Shown piece after piece: positions 57,905 to 64,000 of a stretch of 64,000 bases of DNA; the first letter of the stretch is position 1; each line of letters starts with the position of its first letter. The notes under the pieces were generated by a model. It was given only the letters and a program-made list of their open reading frames with translations, did not search any database and was not told the origin of the DNA. A program made the position numbers and the translations under genes. This stretch comes from an uncultured Muribaculaceae bacterium (GTDB taxonomy: Bacteria > Cyanobacteriota > Vampirovibrionia > Gastranaerophilales > Gastranaerophilaceae), in the NCBI GenBank assembly GCA_964572355.1, contig CAZNEN010000002.1:61168-125167 (forward strand), given 5' to 3'.

Positions 57905-58777
57905 CTATGCCGTTTGTTCTTCCGCTTCTTCTTTTGAAGGAGCTTTGCCTTTTACTACATATAAATCGGAATAAAATTCTTCCTGTTCCAGATCGAACTC
58001 GCTTTCTGCCGATAAAAATAGCAATGCTATATATGCGGATATTTTATCAAGCCCCAGAAGAGTTAATGTATTTAATTCCACTTTTTCTTCTTTTTCAAAA
58101 ATTTTAATTAAATTTTCATGAAGAATTTTTATGCTGCTTTCTATGTATTCTTCATGAGCAAGATTAATAATGTCATCACTTGACATATTTGCATAATTTC
58201 TTACTCTTCTTTTGGCTCGTTCTAAAGAGTTTTTAACCGCCTGTTTTTTATCAAGCTGTTCATAAAACTCTAATTGGCGTATTAAATCTTTTAAAGTTAC
58301 AATTCTGTTTCTGTTTAATTTAACGCTTGTTCTTCTTTGAATTATGTCTTCAATAGGTATAACATTATCAGGAAAGTCCTGATAATACATATCATCAGAG
58401 AATCTGGAATCATCGTCGTTATCATATTCCGGGTTAAATTCTTCCTTTGCTTCAAATTGCATGGGGTCAAGCCCTACAAGAACATTGGATTTTAATTTCA
58501 ATAATACTGCAAGAAAAAATAATGCTCTGCCGCTTAGACGAAGATTATTTGATTTGCTTTCCGCAATATGCAGCATATATTTATCGGCTATATCGGCAAT
58601 ATCTATATTCCAAGGGTCTATTTTCCCTTGTTTCGCCATTTGGACAAGCACTTCAATTCCGTCGAGTTCTTCTGACGGAGTATCTAAAATTGAATCAGGA
58701 CTGAAGCCTAAATCCTTTTCGTAAGATTTAGCCGTGGATTGGATATAGAAATTGTTTGTCTCCTTTGGATTTAACAT
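57905..58777 (-). CDS. scpA: Segregation and condensation protein A (kleisin)
   Basis: LVQMAKQGKIDPWNIDIADIADKYM and GRALFFLAVLLKLKSNVL match the ScpA N-terminal domain. The C-terminal winged helix has LTLLGL...ALLFL. Confidence 0.85.
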   Translation of the reverse strand: MLNPKETNNFYIQSTAKSYEKDLGFSPDSILDTPSEELDGIEVLVQMAKQGKIDPWNIDIADIADKYMLHIAESKSNNLRLSGRALFFLAVLLKLKSNVLVGLDPMQFEAKEEFNPEYDNDDDSRFSDDMYYQDFPDNVIPIEDIIQRRTSVKLNRNRIVTLKDLIRQLEFYEQLDKKQAVKNSLERAKRRVRNYANMSSDDIINLAHEEYIESSIKILHENLIKIFEKEEKVELNTLTLLGLDKISAYIALLFLSAESEFDLEQEEFYSDLYVVKGKAPSKEEAEEQTA

Positions 58778-58784
58778 TTCTTAC

Positions 58785-61700
58785 TTAGTCCCTAAATTTC
58801 ACGCCCGTTACACGTGTTTTGCCATGCTCTTTTTGTGTCACACCTATTGTCCTATTAGCTGATTCTATCATGGGTTTTCTGTGACTAACTACTATAAATT
58901 GCGTATTTTTTGCCTGTTGCTGTATAATATCCGCCAAACGTTCGACATTAATGCCGTCAAGATTTGCATCAACTTCATCTAACGCATAAAAAGGAGCCGG
59001 CAGATATTTTTGTATAGCAAATACCAGAGCAAGTGCAGTAAGGGATTTTTCTCCTCCGGACATAGAACCTAGTTTCTGTTTTTTCTTATCTCTTGGTTGT
59101 GCTTCTATTGTTAAACCGCCTTCAAAAGGACTTTCGGGATTTTCCAGCATTAATGACCCTTCTCCTTCCGAAAGTTTTGCAAAAATATCTTTGAAGTTTT
59201 CATTTATATTGTTATATGTTTTCATAAATGTTTCTTTTTTTATCTGTTCATAACCGTTCATTTTTTCAAGAATCTGTTTGCGTTCGTTTGTAAGTGTTGC
59301 AATTTGCTCTTTTTTCTCTTCCTGTCTTGCTTTTACTTCATCGTAAGCTTGGATTGCAAGCATATTAACGGGTTCCATTTCTTCCATTCTTTTTTGAAGC
59401 CTCTGGATTTTTCCCGTTATTTCTTCGGTTGAAATTTCTGTCGGAACAAGTGCATTTATATCTATTTGTTTTTCTTTAAATTCCGATCTTATTTCTTCAA
59501 GCATCGGTTCTAGCTCTCTTCTTCTTGATTTAAACGCTTCAACCTGCTCGGTAATTTTTTCGATTTCATTTTTGAGTTTATTTTTCTGTGTTTCTGTATT
59601 TAAAAGCTCTTCCTGAATTAAGTCGCGCTGCTGCTGCAATTGAACAAGTTTCTCGCCCAGAGTTTTAATTTTTTCTTCAAGAACGGTTGTTTTTACTTCA
59701 ATCTCTTTTATTTCTCCGGCATATTTTTCTTTATCCCATTCTCCTGTTTCATTATCTTTTATAAGACGCTGGATTTGTTCTTCTTTTGTTTTTATAAGTT
59801 CTTTATTAAAATCAATATCTCTGTTTGATTCATTAATTTCATTATTACATTTTAATATTTTATTCTGATAGTCTTTTATTTGATTTTCAATGGCGGAAGT
59901 CATTTCTTTTAATTTTTTAAGTTCGCCTTCTGTCATTTTACTTTCTATTTCAGTAATTTTATCTTGCAGAACAAGCATTTCATCATTTAAAAGTACAAGT
60001 TTTTCCTCGTATTTTTCCAATTTTTTTTCTATATTTTGAACTTTCGGTTCGTTTTCTTTGATTGTTTTATTGCATTCTTCAATTTTTTGTTCGTTATTTT
60101 GAGAATTACTGTTTAAATTATTTAATTCCATTTTTGCACTGTTTAGTGCAGTCATTGTATTAGAGTAATTAGCTCTTATTTTTTCCTGTTTTATTTCAAG
60201 TTCTTCTTTTGTCTTTTCAAGTATGGCGTATTGTTTTTGAAGCTCGGTAAAGCGGGATTTATATTTTTGCAGTTCATCATCTTGATTTTGGCTGAACTTA
60301 AGACCGGTATCGCGTCTGTCACCGCCCGTTATAGCACCTGATTTCTCAAATAGACTGCCATCCAGTGTTACAATACGGTATTTGCCTATTAGTTTTTTTG
60401 CACTGTCATAATCGTCCGCTATTAATGTTTCTCCGAGCGCATAATAGAAAACATCCAGATATTTATCATCAAAATCAATAAGATTAATGGCAAAATCAAT
60501 AATACCTTTTTCTTTCGGTATTCTAAGACTTGCAGGTGCTTTTTTTATTTTGTTTAAAGGCAGAAAAGTTGCCGTTCCTGCTCTTGCTGTTTTTAGATAA
60601 TCAATACAGATTCTTGCCGTATCTTCATCATCCACGACAATATTTTTCATTCTGCCGCCCATTGCAACTTCAAGTGCCGTTGAATATTCTTTATCAACGC
60701 TTCCTAACTGCAGCAAGGGAGCATGAACACCTCTTATTTTTGCTTTTAGTATTGAATCTATAGCGCGGCCCAAGTTAATTTCTTCATATGCACTTTTTTG
60801 TGCTTCAATAGTTAATATTTTCTTCTGTGCTGTTTGTATATCATGCATTAAATCAGATATTTCGTTTTTATTTTTATCAATATTATAGATAATATTTTCC
60901 TGCGCAAGTTTATAATCGCCCAGTTCTTTTGCAAGTTCTTCCACCTGCAGGGTTAATTTATCTTTATTATCTTTAAAATTATTCTTGAATGAAGTTAATT
61001 CTTCAAGAATCTTTTTTGAATTTTCAATATCTTTTTTATAAGATACAAGTTCTGTTTCAAGAGGAATAGTTTCGGATTTTATATTCCATTCGCTCTCCTT
61101 TAGTTTTTCAAGTTCTTTTTTGAGATTGTTTCTTTCTTCAAGTTGTTTATCAGCATTTTTATTTAAACCTGAAACTTCTTCAAGAATTTTTTGAAGTTCA
61201 GTTTCCTGAATTTTTATATTTTCTTCAATTGCAGCAATTTCAGCTTTTTTCTCTTCAATTTTTAAATTTATTTTATTAATTTTTTCTTTGTGGTTCTCTA
61301 TTCCGTTTTTGGAGTTCTCAATGGTTTTTAAATTGTCATGGATTGTTTTTTCAACCGAGCTTATGGCAAGATTTTTCCGTGAAATCTGCCCTTTTAATTC
61401 TTCAAGCTGTTTTTTTGTTTCAATTTGCTCAGCTTCTCCATTATTTTTTACAAGTTCGGAGATTTCATTATATCTTTTTTTTATTTCGGAAAGGGTATCA
61501 TCCAATTTTTTCAGGTTGTTTTCTTCATCTTTTTTCTTTTTGTTAAAATCTAAAATACTTTGATGAACAAGTTCTAAATTTCTTTTGATATCAAAATATT
61601 TAACCGTAGTAATTTGGCTTTCAAGCTGAAATTTTTCGGTTTTTAATTTTTGATATTTAAGTGCCGTTTCTTTTTCCTGAGCAAGACGTTCAATTGAGGA

Positions 61701-62282
61701 TTCAATCTCCGTTAAGATAATATTTGCATTTTCAACCCTCTCTTCGACTGTCAATAACTCATTCTGAGCTTTTTCTATTCTTCTGTTGAAGTCTGCAACT
61801 CCCGCAATTTCATCAATAATTTTTCTTCTTTCAACGGCAGAGCAGTTTGTAATACTCATAACATCACCCTGCATCATAACGTTGTAACTGTTTGGCGTAA
61901 TGCGGTATTTTTCAAGCTTTGTATGAATTTCGGTAAGTGTTGATACCTGATCATTCAGATAATAAACACTGTTAAAACCTTGAGAAGACTTTTTAATTCT
62001 TCTTGCAACCGTAATAGGTTCTTCTTCTTTATCTTCCGGTTCAAAGACAACTTTGACAAATGCTTCATTCCTTTTTGTATGGGTAGAGATAAAATCCGAT
62101 AATTGTTCGGTACGCAAATTTCTTGCGCTTGCAAGTCCGAGTGCAAACAATATACTGTCAATGATATTGCTTTTTCCTGATCCGTTAGGTCCCGAAATAG
62201 TTGTAAATCCTTTCAGAAACGGGATTGTAATATCACTGGCAAAAGATTTAAAGTTATCTACTTCAAGTTCTTTTATGTACAT
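58785..62282 (-). CDS. smc: Chromosome partition protein Smc
   Basis: Walker A GPNGSGKSN, long coiled coils, a hinge (GVHAPLLQLG...ALEVAMGG), the signature MSGGEKSLTALAL and Walker B FYALDEVDANLD. Confidence 0.96.
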   Translation of the reverse strand: MYIKELEVDNFKSFASDITIPFLKGFTTISGPNGSGKSNIIDSILFALGLASARNLRTEQLSDFISTHTKRNEAFVKVVFEPEDKEEEPITVARRIKKSSQGFNSVYYLNDQVSTLTEIHTKLEKYRITPNSYNVMMQGDVMSITNCSAVERRKIIDEIAGVADFNRRIEKAQNELLTVEERVENANIILTEIESSIERLAQEKETALKYQKLKTEKFQLESQITTVKYFDIKRNLELVHQSILDFNKKKKDEENNLKKLDDTLSEIKKRYNEISELVKNNGEAEQIETKKQLEELKGQISRKNLAISSVEKTIHDNLKTIENSKNGIENHKEKINKINLKIEEKKAEIAAIEENIKIQETELQKILEEVSGLNKNADKQLEERNNLKKELEKLKESEWNIKSETIPLETELVSYKKDIENSKKILEELTSFKNNFKDNKDKLTLQVEELAKELGDYKLAQENIIYNIDKNKNEISDLMHDIQTAQKKILTIEAQKSAYEEINLGRAIDSILKAKIRGVHAPLLQLGSVDKEYSTALEVAMGGRMKNIVVDDEDTARICIDYLKTARAGTATFLPLNKIKKAPASLRIPKEKGIIDFAINLIDFDDKYLDVFYYALGETLIADDYDSAKKLIGKYRIVTLDGSLFEKSGAITGGDRRDTGLKFSQNQDDELQKYKSRFTELQKQYAILEKTKEELEIKQEKIRANYSNTMTALNSAKMELNNLNSNSQNNEQKIEECNKTIKENEPKVQNIEKKLEKYEEKLVLLNDEMLVLQDKITEIESKMTEGELKKLKEMTSAIENQIKDYQNKILKCNNEINESNRDIDFNKELIKTKEEQIQRLIKDNETGEWDKEKYAGEIKEIEVKTTVLEEKIKTLGEKLVQLQQQRDLIQEELLNTETQKNKLKNEIEKITEQVEAFKSRRRELEPMLEEIRSEFKEKQIDINALVPTEISTEEITGKIQRLQKRMEEMEPVNMLAIQAYDEVKARQEEKKEQIATLTNERKQILEKMNGYEQIKKETFMKTYNNINENFKDIFAKLSEGEGSLMLENPESPFEGGLTIEAQPRDKKKQKLGSMSGGEKSLTALALVFAIQKYLPAPFYALDEVDANLDGINVERLADIIQQQAKNTQFIVVSHRKPMIESANRTIGVTQKEHGKTRVTGVKFRD

Positions 62283-62420
62283 TAACTTTGATGATACCCA
62301 TGTCTAGACATTTATTATTACACAACAAATACGCATAATAGTCAAAAACATTACATAATCTTAAAAAATTAAAATCATATGTTTTTTGCAATAAACGAAT
62401 AATAAAAGTAACGGGCTAGA

Positions 62421-64000
62421 CTAAGCTATTTCCGCCGGTTCTTTAAGCAGCAGATTTCTTGCATGAATTGCAGTTGTTTTTAAATTTGTGTAATATTCTT
62501 TATCTTTTTCATTAATCGAATTTTGTTTGCCTGTATCAGCCATTTCTCCGATTTGGCTTAGTAAATCCGCTGTCTGCATTATATTTCTGTATATTGTGCC
62601 TTCATCAATATTATCCGGCTTCATTCTTAAAAGTTGATTCCAATTTGTCATGCTTTCATAAGGGTTTGATCTGTTTAAATCAGCCCATATATAGACCATT
62701 TCAGCAGCATCTTTATTGTATTTTGCATTATGGGGGATTATTCCGTTATTCATTTCTGAATTAAAAATATCTGATGATATTTTTAATAATGTTTTAAATG
62801 TTTCGTTTATTTTTTCTGAATCGTATTCTATTCTTTCCGTATCACTGCCGTCATATGTTTCTTCCATATTCTTTATTGCACGTATTTTATTCAATAATGT
62901 ATCTTTTGTGGTAATTATATAATACATTTTCTCTGCATTATTATAATGTTCCTTTATTTGCTGCGGAGGATATTTCTTTAAAAATTGATAATTGGAACTT
63001 AATGCATCCGGTATATTTTCATCAAGAAATTTCATATTTTCCGCAGTTTTAATTAAAGATTCAAGTTCTTTTTTCTTTCTTTCAAGTCTTGCTTTTGCTT
63101 TGTTTCCTTTTGCGGATGTATCCGTTGAAGCAAGCTCCGTTCTTAATTTTTCGATGTAATCATCTATACTTTTTGCATTAATTTGTTTTTTAAAAACTTG
63201 AACTGCTTCAAAATGTGATTCAAGCACTTTTGAAGGAACAGTCTCTTGTTTCTTTAATGCTTTTACCAGATCTTCTTCAGAGTACTTTCCTGTTGTTCGG
63301 GTTATTTTATACATTTTCTTTTTTTTAGCTTCAAGTTCATTTAATGCTGATTTTATTGCAGATTCGGATATTTGAGGTTTTTCTGTGTTTTCAACAAAAT
63401 TCAGCATTTCATAATAGTTTGAAAAACTGTTTATATGTTTGCCGAATTTAGACAGCATTGAATTTATGGAATTTACCATTTTTTGATAAACATCACAAGA
63501 ACTGAAGCGTGTTTTTTCAAATATTTCTGAAAAATCGGAATCAAAACCTATTGCGGTTTCATTTTGTCTTGCGGGAATAGCTATACTTGCGGCAAACATG
63601 GCAAGCGCCTGCGGTGATATACTCTCAAGAATTCCGGAATTAACCGTTTCTGCCAGAGTTAATGAATCATATCCTTTAACTTTTGAGGCTAAATGTGCAA
63701 GTATGGAGGGTTCGGTTTTTCCGTCATTTTCAACTAAAAAACCTCTGTCCTTAAGAACATTTATTTTTCTGGAACTTATTTCCATAAGTTTATTAAATTC
63801 TGGTGTTTCCTTAGATGCATCTTTATTATATGCAAAGAATGTTTTACCGTATATTTCAGGTAATTTTGACGAGTCGGAATTATGCTTGTAATATTCGGAT
63901 AAGAAAGCATAATCGGGAGAGTAGCTGCTTTTAACGGAATCGCAATCTGCTACTTCCAGATAAAGAAAATCCTGCAGCGAGGTTCTATCAACTGGCATTG
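62421..64000 (-). CDS. C-terminal portion of a probable Ski2/HelY-like helicase (DSHCT-type tail); the N-terminus is probably right of the window
   Basis: SLTLAETVNSGILESISPQALAMFAASIAI resembles the start of the DSHCT region. MVYIWADL...IDEGTIYRNIMQTADLLSQIGEMA resembles its W..G...EGsi.R...R..eLl.Q core. The frame is still open at the window edge, so the listed Met may be internal. Confidence 0.5.
   Translation of the reverse strand, partial: MPVDRTSLQDFLYLEVADCDSVKSSYSPDYAFLSEYYKHNSDSSKLPEIYGKTFFAYNKDASKETPEFNKLMEISSRKINVLKDRGFLVENDGKTEPSILAHLASKVKGYDSLTLAETVNSGILESISPQALAMFAASIAIPARQNETAIGFDSDFSEIFEKTRFSSCDVYQKMVNSINSMLSKFGKHINSFSNYYEMLNFVENTEKPQISESAIKSALNELEAKKKKMYKITRTTGKYSEEDLVKALKKQETVPSKVLESHFEAVQVFKKQINAKSIDDYIEKLRTELASTDTSAKGNKAKARLERKKKELESLIKTAENMKFLDENIPDALSSNYQFLKKYPPQQIKEHYNNAEKMYYIITTKDTLLNKIRAIKNMEETYDGSDTERIEYDSEKINETFKTLLKISSDIFNSEMNNGIIPHNAKYNKDAAEMVYIWADLNRSNPYESMTNWNQLLRMKPDNIDEGTIYRNIMQTADLLSQIGEMADTGKQNSINEKDKEYYTNLKTTAIHARNLLLKEPAEIA

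Noticed and set aside
62300-62311. Perfect 12-bp palindromes near start codons: ATGTCTAGACAT 18 nt upstream of smc, and AATTGTACAATT (about 34573-34584) overlapping the TPR-gene TTG start. These were considered as operators.
   Set aside because: Perfect 12-bp palindromes are expected several times by chance in 64 kb of AT-rich DNA. The two sequences are unrelated to each other and match no regulator consensus I can name.
1-64000. Scanned for CRISPR repeats, tRNA/rRNA/tmRNA-like sequences, transposase/integrase genes, inverted terminal repeats and in-frame stop codons indicating an alternative genetic code.
   Set aside because: None was seen. All long ORFs are intact under the standard code, and the intergenic regions are short apart from those discussed above.

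Overview
This is a visibly AT-rich bacterial chromosomal window. It is densely coding and reads cleanly with the standard genetic code. Most of it is housekeeping. The main blocks are: (1) a co-linear de novo pyrimidine operon, pyrK-pyrD-pyrE-pyrB-pyrC-(pyrF::carA fusion)-carB, followed by aroA; (2) purine genes purM and a purN::purD fusion; (3) scattered aromatic amino-acid genes (DAHP synthase, aroA, tyrA); (4) replication, repair and chromosome genes dnaB, mutS and smc-scpA-scpB; (5) tsaD, rimO, ribD, coaD, trkAH and tatAC. An Skp/OmpH chaperone and a TonB-C-like protein suggest a diderm envelope. A ~750-aa GH57 enzyme and a Ski2/DSHCT-type helicase tail are also present. I cannot assign a taxon from the sequence alone; a search with carB, mutS or smc would settle it. 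I found no rRNA, tRNA, CRISPR array, transposase, integrase or prophage genes. The most interesting candidates are listed here. (a) A tightly packed operon places tatA-tatC directly behind a twin-arginine/lipobox aldo-keto-reductase::2x[4Fe-4S] fusion and a NapH::NapG-like fused polyferredoxin that carries an internal twin-arginine motif. I read this as a possible extracytoplasmic redox module. (b) An uncharacterised vWA / FHA-polytopic / zinc-ribbon-TonB_C trio lies directly downstream of trkAH. (c) The pyr operon has an attenuator-like leader (promoter, 12-codon ORF, perfect terminator). (d) Three long intergenic regions contain intrinsic terminators that no annotated gene explains, which suggests small unannotated transcripts. 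(e) A tail-anchored DUF4145/HEPN-like protein lies beside a broken small ORF. All functional calls rest on motif recognition by eye. Coordinates of small hand-counted features may be off by 1-2 nt.
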